From contig JBHLLT010000019.1 of the NCBI GenBank assembly GCA_048938855.1, positions 25,988 to 48,258 on the forward strand: DNA of 22,271 nt, given 5' to 3'. Under the pieces are notes generated by a model, which was not told where the DNA came from, searched no databases, and worked only from the letters and a program-made list of their open reading frames with translations. Positions 8,592 to 18,034 of this stretch are shown piece after piece (position 1 is the first letter of the stretch; every line of letters starts with the position of its first letter). The DNA is from Promethearchaeota archaeon. Its GTDB lineage: Archaea > Asgardarchaeota > Lokiarchaeia > Sigyniarchaeales > SOKP01. Position numbers and translations under genes: made by a program.

Positions 8592-8690
8592 ATGAAAGTT
8601 CTAATCGTATATGATTCAAAAGATGGTAATATCCCTTTAAGTATTGAAAGTCATATTTGCGGATTATTTTCTCCTCAGCATTATAATTAA
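8592..8690 (+). pseudogene. Truncated flavodoxin-like gene remnant
   Basis: GAGGT SD then MKVLIVYDSKDGN, the flavodoxin beta1 plus FMN phosphate loop. Similarity ends at about 8630 and the frame stops after 32 aa inside the convergent gene. Confidence 0.65.
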
Positions 8691-9401
8691 TCCCGTTAAA
8701 GCTAAAGCTCCGAGTCCAAAAACAGTTGCATTAATTAATGTCGATCCAACGATTTGCAAAGGGTTAATGGGTGGGGGATTTCCTCCACCGGGAGATCTTT
8801 CTGGAATAATTAAACTACCGGGAGGAATTATATCTGGATACAGTATAGTTAATCCAGCTAGTACACCAGCTATGATAAGAGGAAGTACAACTCTCCAGAA
8901 TATTTTCACTATAGGTAAAGCATCGTATACTCTTAACTGTCCGCCCCTTCTATCGGCTTCTTTCAGAATTTCAAGATTAATCATTTCATCAATAGTTTTA
9001 TCAATAAGAGGTCTCATGTCTCTCATAGGAGATTCTTGCACTTCCCTTTCAATTTCAAGTGCAACGTTATTTTTAACTTTCTTTTTTAATTGTTTTAATT
9101 TTACCCATTCACTTTTGTCTAGGAAATCCTTCATATTTTTTGTAACCCCTTCTTTTATTGAGCCAAAAACTTTAGGATCTGTTTTTGAAAATGTTCTCTC
9201 AAATCTAGAAACTCTTCTAAATGCTCTGTTTATTCTTCTTGGAACTCTTCTAAAAGTTCTCCCTACTCTTCTAACAACTCTCCTTGTAACTCCTAGTCGA
9301 AAAGCTCGTCTTATAAAAAAAGTTATAGATGTGAAAAATAATAGAAAATTGACAATATTTAAAATCATATAGTAAATGATATTCATAATTTGGACATTCA
9401 T
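8664..9401 (-). CDS. Hypothetical membrane protein with Arg-rich amphipathic repeats
   Basis: N-terminal TM, R-rich segment, charged helical core, TM, Pro/Gly linker, TM ending in RRK. Confidence 0.75.
   Translation of the reverse strand: MNVQIMNIIYYMILNIVNFLLFFTSITFFIRRAFRLGVTRRVVRRVGRTFRRVPRRINRAFRRVSRFERTFSKTDPKVFGSIKEGVTKNMKDFLDKSEWVKLKQLKKKVKNNVALEIEREVQESPMRDMRPLIDKTIDEMINLEILKEADRRGGQLRVYDALPIVKIFWRVVLPLIIAGVLAGLTILYPDIIPPGSLIIPERSPGGGNPPPINPLQIVGSTLINATVFGLGALALTGLIIMLRRK
9211..9274. repeat. Three copies of ACTCTTCTAA within the Arg-repeat coding region
   Basis: Copies at 9211, 9244 and 9265, spaced 33 and 21 nt (11 and 7 codons). Confidence 0.7.
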
Positions 9402-9500
9402 TATTCTTAACTAATATTGATTTCTATTATGATATAAAGATATTTAATAGTTAATATTTAATGAGAAATAAATAATTTAACATAATTCATTGAAAATAGA

Positions 9501-10241
9501 ATGGATAAAGTACTTGATATTGATTTAGATTTTTTCTTGAATAAGGTTAGTGATTCCAGAGAAGATGGTAAGCGGTTAAACAAGAGAAAGTATTACCCTT
9601 GGAGCAAAATTGCATTTAAAAGTTTTCTTGAAAATCGATGTCTATTATCTAAAGAGCACTCCATCCATGGAAGAATAGTAAAAAAGCACCATGAAGTATT
9701 TTTTTTTTGGAGAGATTTGATTCAACAAAAAAAAGTTGAAGTACCATTCGAACTTGTTCATATTGATGCGCATTCTGATATTGGTATTGCTGATTGGGGT
9801 TGGATTTATATCACAAGTGAATTATTAAACAAACCAATTGAAGAACGTATTCATCCAGACGAATCTCTTTTGTATGGGATAAATGAGGCAAATTACTTGG
9901 CATTCGCGTTGGCATGTAGATGGATCAAGAAATTAACATTTGTACTTCATCCGGAATGGAAGAATGATTTAACAGATGTCTATTTTAAAAATTTTGATTC
10001 TGAAAGTGGTATTATTCAATTAAAAAAATTTGAAAAAGAGGAGCTACTAAACAAAGGATTCAAGGCTAACCCAAATTTATCTGATCTCGAACCGCAAATT
10101 CCTGTCGAGTTTATAGAATTATCAGATTACAAAAGTAATGAAAAATTTACTTTACTGACATGTAGCCATTCAAAGACTTATACTCCCAGGAAATCAGATC
10201 AGTTATTAAAAATTATTAGAGATTACATAATAAATTTGTAA
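9501..10241 (+). CDS. UPF0489 (C5orf22-like) family protein, arginase/deacetylase-like fold
   Basis: VLDIDLDFF, HHEV, LVHIDAHSD, NYL, S-x-x-YTP motifs. Confidence 0.8.
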   Translation: MDKVLDIDLDFFLNKVSDSREDGKRLNKRKYYPWSKIAFKSFLENRCLLSKEHSIHGRIVKKHHEVFFFWRDLIQQKKVEVPFELVHIDAHSDIGIADWGWIYITSELLNKPIEERIHPDESLLYGINEANYLAFALACRWIKKLTFVLHPEWKNDLTDVYFKNFDSESGIIQLKKFEKEELLNKGFKANPNLSDLEPQIPVEFIELSDYKSNEKFTLLTCSHSKTYTPRKSDQLLKIIRDYIINL

Positions 10242-10245
10242 ATTT

Positions 10246-11151
10246 TTATTCCTTGTTGAGAGGAATTAGATTTTCAATTATTTTTGGCTGAAAAAGTAAA
10301 CTTTGATGATATTCGGGTGAATAATATAAAGTATTATTATTAATTTTGTCATAGTATCCTCGAATTTGTAGTTGACTAACATTTCTGATATCAATACTAT
10401 CCGAACCAAGTGTAAATGACCACTGACCAAAATAAGAGGGAATATACTGTCGATATTGAAATGAATATTTAAAAGTTCGATTAAACAACTTGTAATACTC
10501 AATGAAACCCTTCGGATTCATCGCTGAAAGGATTTTTCGTATTTTATTTGTTCTCTCTGAGTAATAGAAGCTATCACCATTTCCAGTTTGAGCTGACAGG
10601 ATGCCATTTGGTTTTAAGATCCTTTTGATATCTCCATAGAAATTATCTTCAAAAGCAAATTTACAATTTTTCTTGTCATCAGGCAAATCAATAAAAATAA
10701 CATCATAAAGTTTATCTGTCTGTTTTATATATTGATATCCGTCCTGGATTTTGATATTTAATTTAGGATGTTTATGAATAACTCCAAGTAGAGGTTTGAA
10801 ATGTTTAACACAGAACTTTATCACATATGAATCCAACTCAATTAGGTCAATTTGTTCAATTTCAGGAAATTTCAAGATTTGCTTAGCTAAAAATAAATCT
10901 CCCCCTCCAATAATTAAAATTCTCTTTGGATTGGGGTGTGTAAATAATGCAGGAAAACAAAATAGCTCATGATATATAAACTCATCTAACTCTGCAAGTT
11001 GGATTTCATTATCTAAAAAGAGCATCTTACCAAAACTCCTTGTTTTTATAATTTCTATATGGTTAAATTCTGAATAGAAATCCTCTAGGATTTTTTCAAT
11101 GATTATTTTTAATTTTACAGAATGCAAGACTGTTTTTGTTTTATATTTCAA
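10246..11151 (-). CDS. speE: Spermidine synthase / polyamine aminopropyltransferase
   Basis: FGKMLFLD-x-x-x-Q, DEFIYHE, HPNPKRILIIGGGD, IELD, DG, YDVIFID, IPSY-x-G-x-W. Confidence 0.9.
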   Translation of the reverse strand: MKYKTKTVLHSVKLKIIIEKILEDFYSEFNHIEIIKTRSFGKMLFLDNEIQLAELDEFIYHELFCFPALFTHPNPKRILIIGGGDLFLAKQILKFPEIEQIDLIELDSYVIKFCVKHFKPLLGVIHKHPKLNIKIQDGYQYIKQTDKLYDVIFIDLPDDKKNCKFAFEDNFYGDIKRILKPNGILSAQTGNGDSFYYSERTNKIRKILSAMNPKGFIEYYKLFNRTFKYSFQYRQYIPSYFGQWSFTLGSDSIDIRNVSQLQIRGYYDKINNNTLYYSPEYHQSLLFQPKIIENLIPLNKE

Positions 11152-11153
11152 TT

Positions 11154-12248
11154 TTATTCCCTCATCTCTTTTTCAAAATTCTTATTGGTTATATCATTTT
11201 CACTAAATCCTTTCTCAATCAAGAGTATATCGCTCCTAAATTCCAATGCCTTTAAGATTTTTTCTTTGAATTTCAAATGTGTGTTGATATTTATTTCTTT
11301 CTTAAGTAATTTTAAATATTTTGAATCTAAGTAATTAAAGGGATATGAATTAAAAGATTTTATTAATCTGGATATGTTTAAATTATTTTTAGCAACAAAG
11401 CTATTAATTATTGGCTGAGAATTATCATCATACAATCCATTAAGATAAATTTGAGAAATTTTATCATCTATGATTAACTCTATGATATTTAAAAAATCTT
11501 GTAATTCATTTTCTTCATAAGGAGGATCTAAATGAACTATTGAATATTTTTGGTTGAAGAATTCAGAAGATTGTTTTATAACTTTAAAATCAAGATTAAA
11601 GACTTTAAAATCTTGGAATTTATTTTTGTTTACAATTTCTTTTAATAGTTTTGTTATTCTCCCATCGATTTCAATTACAGTTATAGATAATTCTGGAATA
11701 ATAAATTTGCATAGAATGCTGACCAAATCATCATCTCCAATAAATAGTGCTTTTTGAGATTTAAATTGAAGATTTGATGCAATTAATTTCATTCGTTTTA
11801 TAGAGGTTCTTATTGAACAGGGAAGCTGAAAATTCCTAATACTTAATTTATATCTTGGTCTATAAAGTTTAAGCAGGCTGATTTTTGTTAAATAACGTGG
11901 GTTTCTTAAAATATAATACTTTTGGGGGATCTTTCTCGTCAACTTCCAGAAAATGCTAATCTGAGAAGGAATTTTGTAAAGTGAATCAAAAATTTCATCA
12001 TTTAAAATTTGAATTCGCTTGGTTTTATGTAATTTAATAATACTAACATTTTGTAAAAACTTAATTATACCAAGAAATGATGAAAGAGATATATGAGATT
12101 TTTTGACACAAGTTGAAAATTTATTGGAGGTTCTTATTAACTTTAAGATTTTTAAAAAGTTCAGAAATGAAACTGTGTCATAGCTAAGATAATCTCCACT
12201 AATTAGGAGATTATATAGATCTAATAATCTTTTATCTTCGTTTATCAT
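11154..12248 (-). CDS. bpsA: Branched-chain polyamine synthase (BpsA/DUF43)-like aminopropyltransferase
   Basis: FQ...SIKR, FIGDDDLVS, VIEIDGRI and LDPP motifs. Stops 2 nt upstream of the speE start. Confidence 0.7.
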   Translation of the reverse strand: MINEDKRLLDLYNLLISGDYLSYDTVSFLNFLKILKLIRTSNKFSTCVKKSHISLSSFLGIIKFLQNVSIIKLHKTKRIQILNDEIFDSLYKIPSQISIFWKLTRKIPQKYYILRNPRYLTKISLLKLYRPRYKLSIRNFQLPCSIRTSIKRMKLIASNLQFKSQKALFIGDDDLVSILCKFIIPELSITVIEIDGRITKLLKEIVNKNKFQDFKVFNLDFKVIKQSSEFFNQKYSIVHLDPPYEENELQDFLNIIELIIDDKISQIYLNGLYDDNSQPIINSFVAKNNLNISRLIKSFNSYPFNYLDSKYLKLLKKEININTHLKFKEKILKALEFRSDILLIEKGFSENDITNKNFEKEMRE

Positions 12249-12993
12249 CTATTACTTCTCCAATGATTTGGGATGCTTTTCTCATGTCACTTATAACATA
12301 TTGATATTGTGGTTCATATTTACCCGTCAAACATGCTTGAATTACAATAGCTCCTAAATTTTCAGCGATATTCAAATAATAAGGTTTATCTTCAACAAAA
12401 ATAGATTGTGCTGGTGAAATATCTAAATCATTAAAAATTCCTTTATAATAAGCTTCATTTAATTTAAGAACATTGATTAAATCTGGACCATAGAGCTTTT
12501 TAAAGAAATGTTTAATTCCCATGGCCTCATAATAAAAACCTAATTCAATCGATTCCGATCCGGATGCTAAATATAAATTGTAACCTTTATTATATAGAGC
12601 TTTTATGCTTTCTGAGACTCCAGGAAACGCCGCACTTACACGGGAAGCTACGTACTCAGAAGCACCATAATATATTTTTTTATACAAATCCTTCTGAGGA
12701 CGTTTTATCCCTACAAAATCGAACATCTCATTTATCCATTTTTCAATAAACCACTCTATGAACATTTTAAACGATTTATTTCTATTATCATATAATAATT
12801 TTGGAACACCCTCTCCACCAAAATCTTTCATTAATTCTAAATTTGCAGTCCCCCATACTTTAGGTTTACCCCCAAATCTAGGAGAAAAATATTCACCAAT
12901 TAATTGTTGCCATTGTTTTCCTCGGATTCTATTATCGTTTAGAGTATTTCCATCATCAAAAAAGATATAAATTTCAGAGTTATTAATGGGCAT
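12232..12993 (-). CDS. HAD-superfamily hydrolase
   Basis: FFDDGNTL motif I, FPG, LASG motif II, K, FVED motif IV. Overlaps the bpsA-like start by 17 nt. Confidence 0.85.
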   Translation of the reverse strand: MPINNSEIYIFFDDGNTLNDNRIRGKQWQQLIGEYFSPRFGGKPKVWGTANLELMKDFGGEGVPKLLYDNRNKSFKMFIEWFIEKWINEMFDFVGIKRPQKDLYKKIYYGASEYVASRVSAAFPGVSESIKALYNKGYNLYLASGSESIELGFYYEAMGIKHFFKKLYGPDLINVLKLNEAYYKGIFNDLDISPAQSIFVEDKPYYLNIAENLGAIVIQACLTGKYEPQYQYVISDMRKASQIIGEVIDDKRR

Positions 12994-13152
12994 GTTATTG
13001 TTGTGAAATTTAAGATTTGAGTAATATAAAAATGTTGAAATTTAATCATCTTGCAAAATTTTAATAACTTTCCTTTTTCAAATACCTAATAAATCCTAAA
13101 ATTAAAAATTGATTGTGAGTTTTATTTTTAAACACACTTCACAGACATAATT

Positions 13153-13998
13153 ATGAAATTATTATTTGTTTCTGATATACACGGGATTGAATGGAAACAT
13201 AATAAAATCTTCGAAATTGCGACTTCTTCGGAGGTTGATGTTGTAATTAATGGAGGTGATATGCTTCCATTTAAGGGAAATTTATTAAGTCAAGATAAGT
13301 TTATTTCAGGATTTCTTGATGATTATTTTTCGAGATTTGAATCAAAGGGGATTTATTTTCTAGGTATGTTAGGGAACGATGATTTAGGGATATTTGACGA
13401 TTTATTCCAAAAAACCTGTGATAAATATTCTCATGTTGTAAATATTGCCCAAAAAAAATTCCAAATTGAGGGAAGTAAATATGAGTTTATTGGTATGAAT
13501 TGGGTAAGTGATTTGCCATTTGGCTTAAAGGATAGAGCACGAAAAGATACTAAAGATTTTAAGCTTCCAAAACAAATTGGAAAGCAATATCTTTCCATAC
13601 CAAATGGATTTAAACGACTTGAAGATTGGCGCTCATATATAAATACACTTCCTACTATTGAAAATGAACTTAAAAATTTAGTAAAACCTTTTGACATCAA
13701 TAACACAATCTATATTTTTCACAATCCCCCTGCGAATTTGGAGTTAGATGTTACTTATGATGGTAGAAGGGTTGGATCAATAGCAGAATATGCTTTTATT
13801 AAAAAAAATCAACCAAAACTCTCACTTCATGGACATATTCATGAGGCTCCATTAGTAACTGGTAATTGGTCTTCAGTATTAGGCAAAACAGTATGCATTC
13901 AACCAGGACAATCACATCAAAATGAAAAATTTTTATTTTACGTTGTAATTGATTTAAAATCGATGAATATTGAAAGATTCACAGCACATAATCATTGA
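13153..13998 (+). CDS. Calcineurin-like metallophosphoesterase (Icc-related)
   Basis: SDIHG, GGD, GNDD, HNPP, HGHIHE. Confidence 0.9.
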   Translation: MKLLFVSDIHGIEWKHNKIFEIATSSEVDVVINGGDMLPFKGNLLSQDKFISGFLDDYFSRFESKGIYFLGMLGNDDLGIFDDLFQKTCDKYSHVVNIAQKKFQIEGSKYEFIGMNWVSDLPFGLKDRARKDTKDFKLPKQIGKQYLSIPNGFKRLEDWRSYINTLPTIENELKNLVKPFDINNTIYIFHNPPANLELDVTYDGRRVGSIAEYAFIKKNQPKLSLHGHIHEAPLVTGNWSSVLGKTVCIQPGQSHQNEKFLFYVVIDLKSMNIERFTAHNH

Positions 13999-14106
13999 TA
14001 TTTGTAAAATATTAACCTTATATAGTTAATTTTAGATATAAATTGAATTATAATCTTATATAATAGATTTAAAATAAAATTCATTTAAAATTCAGGAGGG
14101 CTTTTA

Positions 14107-15576
14107 ATGCAAGGACCATCGAACTTGATTACTCTGACATTTTTAGGAGGTATAGATGAAGTAGGGGGAAATACAATTCTTTTGGAGGATAAGGGATATA
14201 ATGTTAAGATTTTCTTAGATTTTGGTATAAAAATTAGAAAATATTTAGATTGTTATGAACGTGGTCAACATCCATCAACAGTTGAGGAATTAATTCAAGT
14301 CAATTTATTGCCTACAGAAGAAAGTATCCGAATTCATAATTTATATTTGAAAGATTTAAAAAAAGAGCAAGATCTTAAGTCCGCTAATTCAAATTTGGAT
14401 GGAATTATAATATCCCACGCTCATAAAGATCATTATTTTGGGTTATCATTTGTAAATCGAACGATTCCTATCTATACTGGAGTGGTTACAAAAAGAATTA
14501 TAAGGGCATTTTGCAAATCAGGTGAAGATGTAACTGATAATAATTTTAATAACTTGAATTGGCACACCTTTCGAACCGGAGATATTTTGAATATAAAGGG
14601 TTTGAAGATTACTCCATTTCATATAGATCATTCAGTTCCGGCGGCATATGGTTTCATTATATACACTTCGGCAGGTCCAGTAGTTTACACAGGAGATTTT
14701 CGAAGACATGGTCCTTTATCAAATATGACAGAAGAATTTCTAAAGGAGATTAAAACTCACAATACTATTTTAACTAAATATGAACTTGAACAGGAGCAAA
14801 AGAGATTAATATCAGCGGGAATAAAAGTGTTAATATGTGAAGGTACTAAGATTTCTAAAGGTATTATTGAATCTGAACAATATGTAGAGGAAAATTTAGA
14901 AAAAATATTTGAACATAATCCTTTTGAATATATTTTAGTTAAATACGACAGGATTGATTGGGATAGATTTAGGACATTTTCAAATATGGCAAAAAAGTAT
15001 GGGTGGAAATATATTATAACGGAAATGGATGCTTATTTTTATTATCTACTGAATAAAAAAGCAATTCATGAAACGATGCGTCAACCAAATATTCTTATAG
15101 ATGATCATATACTAATCTTAAAAAGAGGTTCCGTTAAGAATAAATGGCAAGAAAGAATCAGGCAAATTATGTATAAAAGAGGAAAATCTGATAGGTTTCT
15201 TGAATACCGTGATATAAAAACTTTGAAAGAGAACTTCCTTATATACATTACTCACTTATCTAAAATTTTAATGAAAAATTTAGATTTCAGCAAACGAGGA
15301 TTATTTATCTCGTCAAGTATCGATCCTTACGCTGAAGAATTTTTTGATAATGCACGCACAATTCGAAGGCAATTAGAGCCTTATGGAATTCCATCCTATC
15401 GAGTTCATGCATCAGGACATTCAACTCCTCATGATATTATAAATTTTATTGAGGAGATTAGGCCTGAATTCTTAATTCCAATTCATACAGAACATCCCAG
15501 ATTTTTTCAAAAATTGTTTCAGAATTCTGATATTCAGGTAATTCTCCCAATTAAAAATAAACCATTAAAATTTTAA
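14107..15576 (+). CDS. RNase J-like beta-CASP MBL hydrolase
   Basis: LGG-x-x-EVGGN, LDFG, SHAHKDH, DHSVP, YTGDFR-x-HG, EGT, HASGH, PIHTE. GGAGG SD upstream. Confidence 0.85.
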   Translation: MQGPSNLITLTFLGGIDEVGGNTILLEDKGYNVKIFLDFGIKIRKYLDCYERGQHPSTVEELIQVNLLPTEESIRIHNLYLKDLKKEQDLKSANSNLDGIIISHAHKDHYFGLSFVNRTIPIYTGVVTKRIIRAFCKSGEDVTDNNFNNLNWHTFRTGDILNIKGLKITPFHIDHSVPAAYGFIIYTSAGPVVYTGDFRRHGPLSNMTEEFLKEIKTHNTILTKYELEQEQKRLISAGIKVLICEGTKISKGIIESEQYVEENLEKIFEHNPFEYILVKYDRIDWDRFRTFSNMAKKYGWKYIITEMDAYFYYLLNKKAIHETMRQPNILIDDHILILKRGSVKNKWQERIRQIMYKRGKSDRFLEYRDIKTLKENFLIYITHLSKILMKNLDFSKRGLFISSSIDPYAEEFFDNARTIRRQLEPYGIPSYRVHASGHSTPHDIINFIEEIRPEFLIPIHTEHPRFFQKLFQNSDIQVILPIKNKPLKF

Positions 15577-15727
15577 GTTAGTAAATTGAAGATCTTGAAA
15601 TTCTTAATAGTTTAATATTTGCAAAATAAAACAGTAGGCAAATTATTGTTATTATCTTATATCATTATTCTTGGACAGTATAAGGATTAATAATAATAAA
15701 CATATGATATAGATTGTGGAGGCTTTA

Positions 15728-16258
15728 ATGAAAGAAGTATATATTTTTGATATTGATGGGTGTGTAATGCCCGTAATTTTTAAAAATTTTAATGGTATTG
15801 AGCCAAGGAAAAAAATTATCAATGATGCAATTAAAAATGGAAATAAAGCGAGTTTATATCCAGAATTTATTGAATTTTATAAGAAATATTGTAGACAAGC
15901 AGAATCAATATACTTTTTAACAGGGAGGAAGTACAAAGAATTTGGGAATCTAACTGAGAAACAATTGCAGATACTAAACGAATTTAGAAATTTTCAAATA
16001 GTATATTATCCTGAAGGAAAATCATATAAAAACCGTCAATATTTTGGTTGGAAAGTAAAGGAAATTAAGAAAATTATTAAAAAGAGTATAATTAAAATTT
16101 TAAAACAAGAACATTCGAAGGAAATATTGAAATTTATTATTTTTGATGATATGAGCGACCATTTTCCCAAAATAAAAAAAATAGAAGAACTGTCAAATCA
16201 TCAAGTTCAATTAACAGTTATAGAATCTCAAAAAAATTGGAACCTTCTAAATTTGTAA
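15728..16258 (+). CDS. Capless HAD phosphatase (PNK-3'-phosphatase / HAD_SAK-like)
   Basis: IFDIDG, FLTGR, K, IFDD. The GGAGG SD at 15718-15722 favours ATG 15728. Confidence 0.7.
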   Translation: MKEVYIFDIDGCVMPVIFKNFNGIEPRKKIINDAIKNGNKASLYPEFIEFYKKYCRQAESIYFLTGRKYKEFGNLTEKQLQILNEFRNFQIVYYPEGKSYKNRQYFGWKVKEIKKIIKKSIIKILKQEHSKEILKFIIFDDMSDHFPKIKKIEELSNHQVQLTVIESQKNWNLLNL

Positions 16259-16365
16259 GAGTTATTTTTAATTCCAAATATTTAGTTTTAAGCTATTGAA
16301 TAGCAATAACTTTTTATATGTTCTATAGAAGATTTAGCCTATTAATTATACATATTGTATTTATA

Positions 16366-17382
16366 ATGAGTAAAAAGCAAAAAATAATTGTATTAGTTGT
16401 TACTGTGAGCTTGTTGACGAGTGTTGCCACAATAATTCCATTAATAGTTAATCTATTTCCAATTATATCTCATACAAGAGAATTAGGCCAAATTGATACT
16501 GGTAGGATGACAATTGATGTCGAGGTTCATGGAGACATTGCTTATGTAGTAGATGCTACAGAAAATAACCCTGGTGGATTATTAATAATCAATGTGTCTG
16601 ATCCTGCTAATCCAATTATTCTAGCGTCATATTATCAAAGTGGTCTTCCTTGGAAAGTCAGCATTGTTGGAGAGATCGCATATTTAGCAAATTCAATGAT
16701 AGGTTTGGAAGTTCTTAGCATAAGTGATCCAACAAATCCTGTAAAAATTGATCAATATACTGGAAGTGGTGTAGCTTATGATGTAGAAGTAGTTGGGGAT
16801 GTTGCATATTTAGCAGATTGGTCTAGAGGTTTAGTAATTTTAAATGTAAGTAATCCTTCCAATGTTAGAGAAATAAGGACTTTTTTAATTCCTGGTGCAT
16901 GTATTCATGTTAGTGTTGCTAATTCTCTTGCTTATATAGTGGATCATCACACAGATTATAGTGGCTTGAGAGTTGTAAACGTGTCTGATCCTTCACATCC
17001 ATTACAACTTGATAATCATGCTCCTAGTGGTGTGGACTATTGGAATCCATTTGTATATGGAGATTATGTATATATAGGTAACCACGGTCTCGGTGGTGGA
17101 GAATTAAGAATATTAAATGCACATGACCCATCAAATATAGTTCAAGTAGGAGTATTTGATCAACAAAGTTTTATCTCAAGTAGTTATGTTAATGGAAACA
17201 GAGCTTATCTCGCGGATTATATGAATGGTTTAGTCGTGGTGGACGTTACAATTCCAATCAGTCCAGTAAAAAGAGCTCAGTATTTCGATGGTGGTCATGC
17301 TTTTGATGTAGACGTGATATCAAATATTGCTTATGTTGCAGATGGAGTGGATGGTTTAGAAATCATTGAAATTATGAATTAG
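16366..17382 (+). CDS. LVIVD-repeat beta-propeller surface protein
   Basis: N-terminal basic patch and TM anchor, then about 6-7 repeats of V-x-V-x-G-x-x-AY-x-AD...GL-x-I-x-x-VSDP-x-x-P. Confidence 0.9.
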   Translation: MSKKQKIIVLVVTVSLLTSVATIIPLIVNLFPIISHTRELGQIDTGRMTIDVEVHGDIAYVVDATENNPGGLLIINVSDPANPIILASYYQSGLPWKVSIVGEIAYLANSMIGLEVLSISDPTNPVKIDQYTGSGVAYDVEVVGDVAYLADWSRGLVILNVSNPSNVREIRTFLIPGACIHVSVANSLAYIVDHHTDYSGLRVVNVSDPSHPLQLDNHAPSGVDYWNPFVYGDYVYIGNHGLGGGELRILNAHDPSNIVQVGVFDQQSFISSSYVNGNRAYLADYMNGLVVVDVTIPISPVKRAQYFDGGHAFDVDVISNIAYVADGVDGLEIIEIMN

Positions 17383-17436
17383 AGTATAATTAATAGGATG
17401 AATGATTTTTAATAACCACCGATTTATTATTTTATA

Positions 17437-17934
17437 ATGAATAGAATTGCTATATTCATTGACAACAGTAATATCTTCAAGGGATTTAGAAAGTTTAATG
17501 TCAAAGTAGACTATGAAAAACTAAAACAAGTTATAACTCGAGATCGAGAATTGCAAAACATATTTCTCTATGAGGGTGCTATTTATCCTTTAAGTCCTGA
17601 GAAAAAAAAATGGTATAAAGCCTTGAGTAAAAAGAGCGGATATATCATTAACACTAGTTTTGATAAAATAGTTTTAAATGATGCTGTTGAAAAAAAAGTA
17701 GATATAAAAATTGCTATCGATATGATCTCCCTTGCATATGACGATGCATATGATACTGCAGTCTTGGTATCGGGAGATGGTGATTTTTTGCCTGTAGTAA
17801 AAAAAATTAAAACGTTAGGTAAGGATTTCGAATTATGGGCTTTTAAGTATTCTTTAGCTAACACTCTAAGGGAAGAAGTTGATCAACGCAAGATTTTTTA
17901 TCTTGACGATATATTAGACAAAATTGAGATATAA
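17437..17934 (+). CDS. NYN-domain (LabA/DUF88, PIN-like) protein
   Basis: FIDNSN, EKKVDIKIAIDM, LVSGDGDF-x-P. Confidence 0.92.
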   Translation: MNRIAIFIDNSNIFKGFRKFNVKVDYEKLKQVITRDRELQNIFLYEGAIYPLSPEKKKWYKALSKKSGYIINTSFDKIVLNDAVEKKVDIKIAIDMISLAYDDAYDTAVLVSGDGDFLPVVKKIKTLGKDFELWAFKYSLANTLREEVDQRKIFYLDDILDKIEI

Positions 17935-18034
17935 ATAGTAAGTGAATTCTTTTACAATTTTGGGTAAGAATTTATTTCATTTTTATACAATTGTGTTATA
18001 TATAATATTAACAATAATATTGGATTGGAAATCT

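Noticed and set aside
8644-9372. 242-aa plus-strand ORF antisense to the Arg-repeat gene
   Set aside because: In this register, plus-strand stops need Tyr/His/Gln codons on the minus gene, which are scarce there, so a long shadow ORF is expected. It has no recognisable motifs.
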